Shown here: positions 1 through 11,829 of the stretch, piece after piece
Numbering within the stretch: the stretch's first letter is position 1
Layout: the number at the start of each line of letters is the position of its first letter
Assembly: GCF_001194135.2 (NCBI RefSeq)
Contig: NC_068987.1
Location: 77,752,751 to 77,793,894, forward strand
DNA: 41,144 bases
Reading direction: 5' to 3'
DNA from: Octopus bimaculoides
Taxonomy: Eukaryota
The notes under the pieces: generated by a model
What the model saw: the letters and a program-made list of their open reading frames with translations, nothing else
Told to the model about the DNA's origin: nothing
Databases searched by the model: none
Position numbers and translations under genes: made by a program

Positions 1-32
<32 letters not shown>

Positions 33-35
<3 letters not shown>

Positions 36-200
36 TCCAGCTCCACTTGAAGACCGTTGTTGGTAACCTGGTCTCAATGAAGTATGTATCAGACTTTAAA
101 AATTATTGAGGATGACTTGTTGACTAAAATTTATTATGGTGATGCCCTAGCATGGCCGCAGTCCAATGACTTCAGTAAAAAAAAAAAGAAAGATAAAAGC
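33..200 (+). mobile_element. Degenerate 3' half of a family C-like SINE
   Basis: Ends in gtgatgccctagcatggccgcagtccaatgact...aaaag, matching the tails of the C copies at 19704 and 36092; preceded by (TA)n like the internal microsatellite of family C. Confidence 0.6.
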
Positions 201-824
201 TATTGCAGATTTATAATTGGTCATAAGCAGTTCTGAGTCCATAAATGTCACTGTGCAAAACAAACTAACGAAGAGAACTGTCAAAGTTTTCTACAGTCTT
301 AAGAAACGACAGATACATGAATGGAAAACGTTGGAGGTGTACTTCTGGTCGAGCAGATATATGATCAAAAGCATTCCAGTCATGACCATCCTGTCGTTAA
401 TTTTGTTTCTCATTCAAAATTATTATTGCGTATCCTGTGCATCCTTTTTCTAACGCGCTGAAATTCAGTCACAGAGATTTAACTCGATTTGATTTTTACT
501 ATTATTTCTAGTACACCGAAGGACCACCTGCAGGCTTCTTCGTTGCTCGCATGAAGTTATGTGTATTAGTGTGCAATGCGGGGCAGTGATAAGAACATAT
601 ATATATATCCGATGTTGCCAGCAGAGCAGCGCGCCATCGGAGAATGACAGATGATGCGAGATACGTGCCTCTAACAACGTACATCTACTTAACCACCACA
701 AATTCTCCAGCTTCCAAATGACTATCTTTGATAAGGCAATGTCGTCATTCACTACTTACAAAATGTCACGCCTCATACAACAAAACGTGACCGAACCAAG
801 CACTGGACTTTTCTTGCGATGTCT

Positions 825-827
<3 letters not shown>

Positions 828-872
<45 letters not shown>

Positions 873-900
873 ACGTGTGTATCTGTATACGCGCGCATGT

Positions 901-937
<37 letters not shown>

Positions 938-1540
938 NNNNNNNNNNNNNNNNNNNNNNNNNNNNNNNNNNNNNNNNNNNNNNNNNNNNNNNNNNNNNNN
1001 NNNNNNNNNNNNNNNNNNNNNNNNNNNNNNNNNNNNNNNNNNNNNNNNNNNNNNNNNNNNNNNNNNNNNNNNNNNNNNNNNNNNNNNNNNNNNNNNNNNN
1101 NNNNNNNNNNNNNNNNNNNNNNNNNNNNNNNNNNNNNNNNNNNNNNNNNNNNNNNNNNNNNNNNNNNNNNNNNNNNNNNNNNNNNNNNNNNNNNNNNNNN
1201 NNNNNNNNNNNNNNNNNNNNNNNNNNNNNNNNNNNNNNNNNNNNNNNNNNNNNNNNNNNNNNNNNNNNNNNNNNNNNNNNNNNNNNNNNNNNNNNNNNNN
1301 NNNNNNNNNNNNNNNNNNNNNNNNNNNNNNNNNNNNNNNNNNNNNNNNNNNNNNNNNNNNNNNNNNNNNNNNNNNNNNNNNNNNNNNNNNNNNNNNNNNN
1401 NNNNNNNNNNNNNNNNNNNNNNNNNNNNNNNNNNNNNNNNNNNNNNNNNNNNNNNNNNNNNNNNNNNNNNNNNNNNNNNNNNNNNNNNNNNNNNNNNNNN
1501 NNNNNNNNNNNNNNNNNNNNNNNNGTGTGTGTGTGTGTGT
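828..1540. repeat. (CA)n / (GT)n microsatellites flanking assembly gap 938-1524
   Basis: Seen directly in sequence. Confidence 0.95.
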
Positions 1541-1662
1541 CTGCATGTGTGTTTGCCGATTTTACAGTCTGCTTCGCAATGTTTTGATGAAGGGTATCAA
1601 AGGTGAATTGCTCTAGCATTATCTGTTTCAAAGAACCAGGAACAAAATGTAAAGGAAATGAC

Positions 1663-1830
<168 letters not shown>

Positions 1831-1859
1831 TCTCAAATTTTAAAACAAACATAATTTTC

Positions 1860-2040
1860 TTATGTTTTCTTAAATATTCTCTAGAACAACCCTACGTACA
1901 AAACCAAATATATGGCACCCTAGGCATAACACCAGCATGAACTTCTAGCTTGTTGTCTCTTGAGGTCTCTGGGTGAGACTTGGAGCCAACTTGTACAAAT
2001 GCAAAGCAAAAGTCAAACATAAAATAATAATAATAATAAA
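1860..2040 (+). mobile_element. Probable 3' UTR of a non-LTR retrotransposon (R4/Dong-like) with an (AAT)n tail
   Basis: gaggtctctgggtgagacttgga...aaaagtcaaacat followed by (aat)n resembles Dong/R4 3' ends as I recall them; no coding motif is present. Confidence 0.35.
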
Positions 2041-2042
2041 AG

Positions 2043-2310
2043 GAAAACTGCCTTGCCAGCCCGATTAAAGTTGGTTAGCGGCGTAATCATCATTATGGAC
2101 TCGGACGACAGACAGATATGCCCCTCATGCTACAGCAGCTGTTCGACATAGCTCCATAAGTCAGCAATGCCTGGACACTGAACGAGTGCATGCAGAACGG
2201 TTTCGTTGCTCTGCGAACACCTCGGACAAAGCCCGTCTGACAGCACATCAGTGCCTGTAGAGTTCATCTCCAACCGATAGCGTCCCCCACCCGGTAGCAC
2301 AGCAAGACCA
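2043..2310 (-). pseudogene. Tx1/L1-clade LINE ORF2 C-terminal fragment
   Basis: Minus-strand translation CPRCSQSNETVLHALVQCPGIADLWSYVEQLL* fits the CxxC..ET..H...C...W zinc knuckle of L1/Tx1 ORF2; in-frame stop present. Confidence 0.75.
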
Positions 2311-2384
2311 AAGAAATCTAATCCTCTGTAAATATCTAAAGTGGAACATCCACTGATCGTGTTGCCCGACTTGTAGAGGACAAT

Positions 2385-2400
2385 GATAATAATAATAATA

Positions 2401-2473
<73 letters not shown>

Positions 2474-2480
2474 CAACACT
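2385..2480. repeat. Compound (AAT)n(GAT)n(AAT)n microsatellite
   Basis: Seen directly in sequence. Confidence 0.95.
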
Positions 2481-2489
2481 AACAATCAT

Positions 2490-3300
2490 AACACGGCAAA
2501 TATGGGAAGACATAAGTGAAGAAAATGTCAAAACCATTAAAAAATGACCAGTAAATGGCAATCACTTGGTATGGATAAGATTTCAAACTATTTTTCGTTA
2601 ACACCATCTTTCTTGATGAACAAGTAGAATGTTAATGTGGGTCTTATGGATGCAGAGACCAACTGTTAATTAGCAGAATGCTTTTTGCAGATTGTCACAC
2701 GAAAAAACAACTCTCAGTGGCCTGGATAGACTACAAGAAGGCCTTCGATAGTCTTCTTCACACCCGGATAAGGGAAAGCTTGGAGATGTTCGGAATTTCA
2801 CTAGTAATCAGGAATTTTGTATCTCATACTATGAAGCCCTTTTCAAGCCTAGCCAGGCTCATGGGCCCGGTTTCCCGGTTTCTATGGAGTATGTGTTCCC
2901 CCCAGCTGAACGGGATGCCAGTCCATCGGAGCGTTACTCAAGAAACAGTTAGAAAGAGTGAGAGAAAGTTGGGGCGAAAGAGTACAGCAGCGTTCGCCAC
3001 CATCCCCTGCCGGAGCTTCGTGGATCTTTAGGTGTTTTCACTCAATAAACACACACACAACGCCCGGTCTGGGAATCGAAACCGCGATCCTCCGACCGCG
3101 AGTCCGCTGCCCTAACCACTGGGCCATTGCGCCTCCACACTATGAAGCTCTGGGAAACATTAATTCTCAACACTGACATTATAAATATAATAGCTGGACA
3201 ACTCAGTATTAATTGTGATGTCTTTAAAGGAGACTCATCATCTTTGTTGTTCTGCTTGTCGCCAAGGCAAACGAAGCTGATTGAACTCACGAACTTAACA
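2490..3300 (+). pseudogene. R4/Dong-clade reverse transcriptase fragment split by a SINE insertion
   Basis: Motifs GCRDQLLI, LSVAWIDYKKAFDS (about 2710-2752) and, after the SINE, TMKLWETL...INCDVFKGDSSSLLFCLS (degenerate GIFQGDSLSPLLFC). Confidence 0.85.
2838..3138 (-). mobile_element. SINE family A, alternative-tail variant, with 10-bp target-site duplication
   Basis: tRNA-Arg-like head gtggaggcgcaatggcccagtgg...ggtttcgattccc on the minus strand; TSD actatgaagc at 2828-2837 and 3139-3148. Confidence 0.95.
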
Positions 3301-3706
3301 GTATGTATAATTTGTTTTTTGTCGGTGCAGTGTATGGCCAGTTTCCCGAGAAGTTGGTTCAATTGGCGATGTATCTTCACTACTGAATCTATTATATTGA
3401 ATTAATCCTTTGGAGATATTCTAAGCACGTCCAAGTTGAATTCAAAGGTGTCAAACTGTCGACTGAAGTTCAAATCCAGTCACCGCCGCTGCATTGCCTT
3501 TGTCATGGCCAAGACACTTAAATTTCGCCAACTCATTCCATCACTCTGGCTCGTTCTATCTCGCTGTAAACAGTCACCATTGGGGGCAAAACTGACGGCT
3601 GTCATTAACAGAAGTACTGTATGTCTAATAAGCCATTGGTTAGCTTGGCGATTTTATGTGATTTTTATGATCATTGGTGATGGCAAAGGTGTTCAATTAT
3701 CCTATT

Positions 3707-3708
<2 letters not shown>

Positions 3709-3740
<32 letters not shown>

Positions 3741-4040
3741 GAGAGAGAAGGGGAGAGAGAGAAAGAGAGAGAGAGAGAGAGGAGGTTCATATTGTTTCAA
3801 CCATTTCTATTATATTAAAACTTTTATCAAAATCCATTCGATATGAAGTTATCCAATATCTTAAATATTTTCTGCAGAAATTATTACGATAAACAATTGG
3901 AAACTCTGTTGTTTCCAATAAGTTGGTAATAGGATTATTATAATCATATTCGTTTCCCAATTCCATTCACATTAACTTGCTCTCTCTCTCTCTCTCTCCC
4001 TCCCTCTTCGCCTCTTTCTCTCTTTGCCCTCCCCGCTCTC
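3709..4040. repeat. (GA)n at 3709-3781 and (CT)n-rich tract at about 3979-4040
   Basis: Seen directly in sequence. Confidence 0.9.
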
Positions 4041-4529
4041 TGTCAGATCACATACTCGCATACACACTCTGTGTGCAGCATCCAATCTCTTCAACAAGTC
4101 GTTATAGAACAAACTAATGATATAATTCATTCAGTGCCGAGAGAAATGAGCAATAGCAACAATGTGTACAAATGCAAATTTGATTCGGATTCAACTCATG
4201 AGATTTTGATTAATTTCATTGTTACTATGCTTGGAATTCATTTCTCGCTGTAAGAAAGCTTCAAGGCTGTAAAACCGCTTCAACATTTGAATTAAGGATT
4301 CTGCACCATGAATATACTTCTAGGAGCTTTTGTCAAAACAACACTACTTTCAATAAATCTTTACAATTATTCTACAGTTTACACAATGCAGATACTCAAA
4401 CTCACATGCACATACATTCATATATAAATACAAACATAAAAAAAAATGCTGAGTAGTATATACTTATATTATTACATACGAATACATATATGATTATACA
4501 CAAATACACGCGCAGTGCTTATGTATACA

Positions 4530-4530
4530 T

Positions 4531-4597
<67 letters not shown>

Positions 4598-4757
4598 GAA
4601 TGTTCTGATACATACATACACACATACATACATACATACATACATACATACGTGTGCACTTGTATAAAAATTACATACTATGATAAGAATGAGGTCATCC
4701 ATCCATCCATCCGTCCGTCCGTCCGTCCATCCATCCATCCATCCATCCTACCTCCCA

Positions 4758-4846
<89 letters not shown>
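4530..4846. repeat. Compound (CA)n-(TACA)n-(TCCA)n-(TCTA)n-(TCTG)n microsatellite
   Basis: Seen directly in sequence. Confidence 0.95.
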
Positions 4847-5160
4847 AATAATAATAAGGGTGATAAATTGGATATTAATTTAATTAACATCAATTTAAAA
4901 CCAGTAATTTAGCATAAAGAAAATTCTGAAAATTCAGAAAAAATATATTACATATATGTGAGAAGGGATGACCACTAAGCGGACATTCTTTACGCTAGAA
5001 ATCGACCATCAACGGTCAAACCACAAAAGAAAAGAATGTTCTCTAGGAAAATTCAGCGCACACCAGAACATGAACGAGCAAGACATATGAAAATATACAA
5101 AAATAAAGAATTAGTCGTAGACCAGGTTTTGCGCATTAATGGATTAATGTAATTTTTACT

Positions 5161-6530
5161 TACATAACCCATCCGAAGCTCATCAGTACGACCGTTCGAT
5201 ACAATATAATTTACAGAATTTGTACCATTGTAGAAGATGCGAATATCAGGAACAAGTGCCTAACAAGACTAAGAGAGGTTTTGCTCAAACAAGAATACCC
5301 GTCTCTGCTTATAGAAAATGGCATACAGCGGGCTATAAAAATAGCCATCTAACAACTGAGGACAACCCAAAGAAGTGAGAGCCAGGAACAAGTCATACCA
5401 TTTATAGTGACACACAACCCATGCTACAAGAATATCTTCAACATTGCCAAAGCAAACCTACCAATCATTGCTCGAAGTAATGAATTAAAAGATATAATCA
5501 CAGATCGAGCTATGATTCTTAGTAAAAGACGGCCTAAAAACTTGATAAAATAATTAATAAAGGCAAAGTTTGATCTTAGCAACAAAGACCAATCATTTAC
5601 TGTATCTGAATGCAATGATAGCCGATGTGGCACATGCCAATTCATACATACCGGCCAATATATGAACACAAAAACCGGAAAAATATTCACAAACGCAAAT
5701 ATGAACTGCAAAAGCAGAAATTTAATTTACTGCATCAAATGCCCGAATTGTGAAGAACTATATGTAGGTCAGACTGGAAATGCACTATCAGAACGTTCAC
5801 GCGTGCACCGACAGCTAATAAGAGACCCAAATATCCGTCAGATACCTTTGAGTAACCATCTAGCAACATGTAGCCGGAAAATATTTATAATATTTCCATT
5901 CAACAAACTACACAGTCCAAGTGAAATTGAGAGGAAAATCAGAGAAGAGAACTTTCTTAATAAATTCCATCGCAAGCTAAATAAACAATAATACTAATAT
6001 GTAGTGGTACTATTTCTACTGCTACGACCATTACCACTGACAACAACAACAACAACAACAACAATACTAAAGGTGCTCATTATGATGATAGCAAGAAAAT
6101 ACTAGCTGAGTCAAGAGAAAAGTCAGTAAAAATAATCTTATTTTTGGGTTTAAAGTTTGATTACCACAGTTACTCTCACCACCACCACCTCTAAAAAAAA
6201 GCCCAACAATTACTACTTTGGCTAGGGTCAAAATACAGGTCTCTTAACAGGTTCAACAAACCGTGACACCTAAACAAAACACCAATCAACTAAAGTAATT
6301 TAGTAAAATCACACACTGATTGGTCAGAGTACAGTTTGCAAAAATTAACATTCTGGAGCCTATACAAATTTAATTAAGGCACACAGTTTAGCCGTATCAC
6401 TACAGTTGTAAATTGTAAAATGTAAAACATAATTGTCACCACTACTATATGATCCTGAAGATTGCATAGTTTAATGCATGAAAGTACTAGTTCAATCAGA
6501 AAGGACGTTTAATATTCTATCATTTCATTG
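5161..6530 (+). mobile_element. 5'-truncated Penelope-like retroelement: RT thumb, GIY-YIG endonuclease and 3' UTR
   Basis: One frame from 5161 to 5991: HPK..RYNIIYRICTIV, EYPSLLI, IPFIVTHNP, KRRPKNL, C...RCGTC, NCKSRNLIYCIKCPNCEELYVGQTG. Premature TAA at 5350-5352 and 5551-5553. Confidence 0.92.
6450..6494 (+). ncRNA. Candidate minimal type-I hammerhead ribozyme (degenerate)
   Basis: CTGAAGA (6455-6461); stem II TGCAT/ATGCA (6463-6467/6474-6478); GAAA (6480-6483); palindromic stem III AGTACT (6483-6488); CUA cleavage triplet; stem I tgatc/gttca with 4 of 5 pairs. Confidence 0.55.
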
Positions 6531-6625
6531 TATTATATTATATCATATTATATTATATTATATTATATTATTATAAGGTTGTAAATAAAACGTGGAATTT
6601 CTTTGAGTAATATATACTTCGATAC

Positions 6626-6812
6626 CAGAATCGTTAGCACGCTGGCCGAAATGCATAGCGTTATTTTGTCTGTCGTTACGTTCTGAGTTCAAATTCTGCC
6701 GAGGTCGACTCTGCCTTTCATCCTTTCGGGGTCGATTAAATAAGTACCAGTTACGCATAGGGTTCGATGTAATCATCGACTTAATCCCTTTGTCTGTCCT
6801 TGTTTGTTCTCT
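6626..6812 (+). mobile_element. SINE family B, 3' end lost in gap 6813-7171
   Basis: B-box gagttcaaattc; core gaggtcgactctgcctttcatcctttcggggtcgat shared with the other B copies. Confidence 0.93.
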
Positions 6813-7351
6813 NNNNNNNNNNNNNNNNNNNNNNNNNNNNNNNNNNNNNNNNNNNNNNNNNNNNNNNNNNNNNNNNNNNNNNNNNNNNNNNNNNNNNNNN
6901 NNNNNNNNNNNNNNNNNNNNNNNNNNNNNNNNNNNNNNNNNNNNNNNNNNNNNNNNNNNNNNNNNNNNNNNNNNNNNNNNNNNNNNNNNNNNNNNNNNNN
7001 NNNNNNNNNNNNNNNNNNNNNNNNNNNNNNNNNNNNNNNNNNNNNNNNNNNNNNNNNNNNNNNNNNNNNNNNNNNNNNNNNNNNNNNNNNNNNNNNNNNN
7101 NNNNNNNNNNNNNNNNNNNNNNNNNNNNNNNNNNNNNNNNNNNNNNNNNNNNNNNNNNNNNNNNNNNNNNNGAAGAAGAAAACAAAAATGATTCATAATG
7201 TCATCTTTAAACGTTGCCTTTGTCTTCATCGAACTTTTCATTCGTTTCAATGAACCGAACGTTAAAATTTCTTATAGTTTGTGATATGAAGCTAATCTAA
7301 ATCTCTTGGGCAATTTCTTGCATGCCACACTTAAGTGTATGCGCGTGTATT

Positions 7352-7355
<4 letters not shown>

Positions 7356-7389
<34 letters not shown>

Positions 7390-7826
7390 ATATATATATA
7401 TTTATATGTCATCTATTTAAACATGTTATTGGTTTCATTAGTGTATTTCGTATGTTTTATCCTATTATGATACTTCGTTTCCACCGACCAACTCCATTGC
7501 TTTGTATATAAGGAAACAAGGCAGCGCATTCATTCTTAACGAGTATATACATACCAAGAGAAAACATTAACTGCAGTGTTCGTAAGGACTCTAACGGGTT
7601 TCTTACTTGAAGGCTCACATTTTCCGCATTAGCCTCCTTAGGGAGCCAGGCTTTTATATACTCCATGAGTTTTCCGGCCTTGCATTAAAGTTTTAGAATA
7701 TCACTTCACAGTATAATTAGTTGCATACTCACGGCTTCCAAATTATCCATTCTCTTTTCTGCAGCCATTTTTCTTTCTTTCTTTCTTTCTTTCTTTCTGG
7801 TAGTGGGGGATGGTGGTAGTAGAATA

Positions 7827-7867
<41 letters not shown>

Positions 7868-8057
7868 GATCGGTGCCGTTCTACAGGATAATATCATGTA
7901 GTTAAACATTGAGCTAGCTGCTTCACAATATAAGCACGCACGCACGCACACACAAACGCATATACACATACATAGTTAATAACAATCTCACTCAGTTAAC
8001 AGTATATGTAACCTCTAACAAACGTATTGAATGCTACTTTCGCTTAATCACTCACTC

Positions 8058-8123
<66 letters not shown>
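7356..8123. repeat. Microsatellite cluster: (CA)n, (CTTT)n, (ATT)n, and (TA)n leading into gap 8124-8669
   Basis: Seen directly; the tracts are interspersed with unique sequence. Confidence 0.85.
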
Positions 8124-8829
8124 NNNNNNNNNNNNNNNNNNNNNNNNNNNNNNNNNNNNNNNNNNNNNNNNNNNNNNNNNNNNNNNNNNNNNNNNNNNNN
8201 NNNNNNNNNNNNNNNNNNNNNNNNNNNNNNNNNNNNNNNNNNNNNNNNNNNNNNNNNNNNNNNNNNNNNNNNNNNNNNNNNNNNNNNNNNNNNNNNNNNN
8301 NNNNNNNNNNNNNNNNNNNNNNNNNNNNNNNNNNNNNNNNNNNNNNNNNNNNNNNNNNNNNNNNNNNNNNNNNNNNNNNNNNNNNNNNNNNNNNNNNNNN
8401 NNNNNNNNNNNNNNNNNNNNNNNNNNNNNNNNNNNNNNNNNNNNNNNNNNNNNNNNNNNNNNNNNNNNNNNNNNNNNNNNNNNNNNNNNNNNNNNNNNNN
8501 NNNNNNNNNNNNNNNNNNNNNNNNNNNNNNNNNNNNNNNNNNNNNNNNNNNNNNNNNNNNNNNNNNNNNNNNNNNNNNNNNNNNNNNNNNNNNNNNNNNN
8601 NNNNNNNNNNNNNNNNNNNNNNNNNNNNNNNNNNNNNNNNNNNNNNNNNNNNNNNNNNNNNNNNNNNNNTCCATTGGGCCTTTGTCGACTCTAAACTTCA
8701 AGCACTTTAATAAGTAGCTAACTTCACACTGTCCTTTGCTCATGCACATCCATTAGATATTTTATATTTCAACGTAGTTGAATGTGAACTTACGACGAGG
8801 CGGGTTGCATTTTGTGTCCTTGGAACCAC

Positions 8830-9468
8830 CTTGAAAAAAGGGAACCAAAACGAACAATTTCGACGCTCATGCATTTTTTTAATTTTAAAAAGGGAAAGAC
8901 AGTGGCAGAAACCTATAGGAAGACATGCACTGTGTACGAAGAGAATGCTGTTATCGAACCAATATGTCAGAAATGGTTTTCAAAATTTTGATCGGGAAAT
9001 ATTTTGCTTCAAGAAGCAGCTCGCTGTGGCCGGTCAACTGAGATTTACTGCGACACCAATCCCCGTTATAAGACCAGGATGATCCAGATATTTCCCAAAT
9101 ATCCAAATAGAGTGTTGAAAACCATCTGCACCAGGTTGCTTATGCCGGTAAACTCGATGTTTGGGTCTCACACCAATTGAATGAAGCTAACCTCTCCCAA
9201 AGGATTTCCGTCTCCAATTTATTGCAGAAGGGTGAAGAAAACGACCCTCTTTTTAAAGAGAATGGTGACAGGAGATGAAAAATGGGGTATCTATAACAAC
9301 GATTATGGGGGAAGCATGGCGAGTCACCACAAAGAATCTCTAAAGCAGGACTTCACCCGCAGAAAGTTTTGTTTTCAATTTGGTAGGATTGGAAGGGTGT
9401 TGTCTTTTAGGAGCTTTTCCCACAAACACCATCGATTCGGATGGAACAGTCAAGGCCCCGAAGGGGAT
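8830..9468 (+). mobile_element. Decayed mariner transposase, N-terminal two thirds
   Basis: Frameshifted translation FNFKKGKTVAET..CQKWFSKF*SG..RCGRSTE, KLDVWVSHQL (WVPHEL motif), FLKRMVTGDEKW (first catalytic D), GLHPQKV..W*DWKGV. Confidence 0.92.
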
Positions 9469-9475
9469 CTGTCTA

Positions 9476-9509
<34 letters not shown>

Positions 9510-9511
9510 CA

Positions 9512-9553
<42 letters not shown>

Positions 9554-9631
9554 CATCCATATATCTGTCTGTCTGTCTCTGTCTGTCTGTCTCTGTCTGT
9601 CTGTCTCTGTCTGTCTGTCTGTCTGCCTGTA

Positions 9632-9684
<53 letters not shown>

Positions 9685-9704
9685 GTCTGTCTGTCTCTGT
9701 CTGC

Positions 9705-9752
<48 letters not shown>
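9469..9752. repeat. (TCTG)n/(TCTA)n microsatellite truncating the mariner relic
   Basis: Seen directly in sequence. Confidence 0.95.
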
Positions 9753-9753
<1 letters not shown>

Positions 9754-9934
9754 CATGCAGCTACACACGTACGCGCATATAAATATGAACTAGCGGGACC
9801 AATGGAAATTCCACGGTATAAGCTAGCATATTTGAAAACGCTATGTTAATATATCAAACACAAGCAAATAATTTCAAAAAAAAGTTGGTTTGAATCCCTG
9901 CCATTTAATGACAATTGTACTTTTAAATATAAAC

Positions 9935-10075
9935 GAAATGACATATCAAAGAAAATAATGCGTAAATGTACTCCATCTTTTTTTATATTTATATTCCCCC
10001 AAATATAATTCTGATATAGACTGGTAATAGACTGGTAATCTGTTATCAATCTCGGAAAAAGTAATTCTGGACGTT
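9935..10075 (-). repeat. Dispersed repeat, inverted partner of 12885-13047
   Basis: Shared blocks atcagaattatatttgggggaatataaatataaaaaa, atggagtaca and catttacgcattattttctttgatatgt. Confidence 0.85.
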
Positions 10076-10453
10076 TTGTTGTGTTAGCACTCCATCGCTT
10101 ACGACGTAGAGGGTTTCAGTTGATCCGATCAACGGAACAGCCTGCTCGTGAAATTAACGTGCAATTGGCTGAGCACTCCACAGAAACGTGTACCCTTAAC
10201 GTAGTTCTCGGGGATAACGTAGTTCTCGGGGATAACGTAGTTCTCGGGGATATTCAGTGTGACACAGTGTGACAAGGCTGACCCTTTGCATTACAGGCAC
10301 AACAGAAACAGGAAGTAAGAGTGAGAGAAAGTTGTGGTGAAAGAGTACAACAGGGTTCACCACCATCCCCTGCCGTAGCCTCGTGGAGCTTTAGGTGTTT
10401 TCGCTCAATAAACACTCACAACGCCCGGTCTGGGAATCGAAACTGCGATCCTA
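10076..10453 (-). mobile_element. SINE family A (head lost in gap 10454-10656) with an internal 18-bp triplication
   Basis: Reverse complement of the full-length copy at 20620-21002. Confidence 0.95.
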
Positions 10454-10656
10454 NNNNNNNNNNNNNNNNNNNNNNNNNNNNNNNNNNNNNNNNNNNNNNN
10501 NNNNNNNNNNNNNNNNNNNNNNNNNNNNNNNNNNNNNNNNNNNNNNNNNNNNNNNNNNNNNNNNNNNNNNNNNNNNNNNNNNNNNNNNNNNNNNNNNNNN
10601 NNNNNNNNNNNNNNNNNNNNNNNNNNNNNNNNNNNNNNNNNNNNNNNNNNNNNNNN

Positions 10657-11150
10657 GATTAGATCAACATCAGTGCTTCGTTGGTACTTATTTTATCGAT
10701 CCTGAAAGGAGGAAAATCGAAGTCGACCGCGGCGGAATTTGAACTGAGAACTTAAAGGCGGATGAAATGCTGTTAGACATTTTGTCCGGCATGTGAATGA
10801 TTCTGCCAGTTCTTTTCTACTCTAGGCACAAAGCCCGAATTTTTGGGGAAGGAGCTAGTCGATTAGATCGACACCAGCACTCAACCTGTAGTTAATTTAT
10901 CGACCCCGAAAGGATTAAAGGCTAAGTCGACTTCGGCGAAATTTGAACTCAGAACGTAACGGCAGACGAAATACTGTTAAGCATTTCGCCCGGCGTGCTA
11001 GCGAATTTCACCAGTAAAGACAGGATATTCTTTGAGTAGGGACTAATGGATCCGTCAAGACGGCAGAAGATACTGGAACAAAATTTGAACTCAGAAATGC
11101 CGCTAAACATTTTGTCCGGCGAGCTAACGATTCTGTCAGTTCGCCGCCTT
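10657..11150 (-). mobile_element. Cluster of family B SINE modules (about 10657-10812, 10813-11010, 11075-11150)
   Basis: Repeated aaatttgaactcag and gtcgac...cgaaagga motifs, plus the head end ctgtcagttcgccgcc. Confidence 0.9.
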
Positions 11151-11478
11151 ACTAGGGTTTAAAATTGAGCATAAATTATCTCTTCCTATGAAATAACAAC
11201 AAAAAAATTAAGAAATAACAATAGAAAAAGAGTAAGAAAGAAAAAAGAAAAAAGGTAAGTGAAAAAACACTACCTGTAGCAGGGAACAAGTGAGCACAAT
11301 AATCTCACAATGATATTGTTTCTGAAAGAAAATAGCTAATAATCTGAATCATACGAAACAAGTGTGTGAAGATATTTTATCATCATCTAGAAAATAAGAC
11401 TGTTAAAGAGAAACTTAGATGTTATATTGCTGTACGTTAGTATAACGCTTCCGTACCTTAAATATTGGTTTGATAGGG

Positions 11479-11690
11479 AAGGCGGCGAGTTGGCGCAAAC
11501 GTTAGCACGCCGGGTTATAATGCTTAGCGGTATTTCGTCTGTCTTTACGTTTTGAGTTCAAATTCCGTCGAGGTTGACTTTGCCTTTCATCCTTTCGGGG
11601 TCGATAACTCAAGTACCTGTTGCGTACTGGGTCGATCTAATTGACTGCCCCCCCCCCCATTTTCGGTCCTTGTTCCTAGAGTAGAAAAGA
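11479..11690 (+). mobile_element. SINE family B, single module, near full length
   Basis: Head aaggcggcgagttggc, B-box gagttcaaattcc, core, and tail cctagagtagaaaag. Confidence 0.93.
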
Positions 11691-11829
11691 AAATTGCTTT
11701 GATAACTAATTACTAGGCAGAACTTTTTAGTAGAGTGAAATACTTTTCATATGGTATTTCTTTCTGTCGTTCATATACATTCGACTGGCTATTCTTAGCC
11801 ATTTCCCTTTGCCAATTTTTGTGTAGCAC

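Noticed and set aside
3400-3620. Minus-strand LDLNFSRQFDTF resembling CR1/L2 RT motif LDFSKAFD
   Set aside because: Single weak motif with stops nearby and no second supporting motif.
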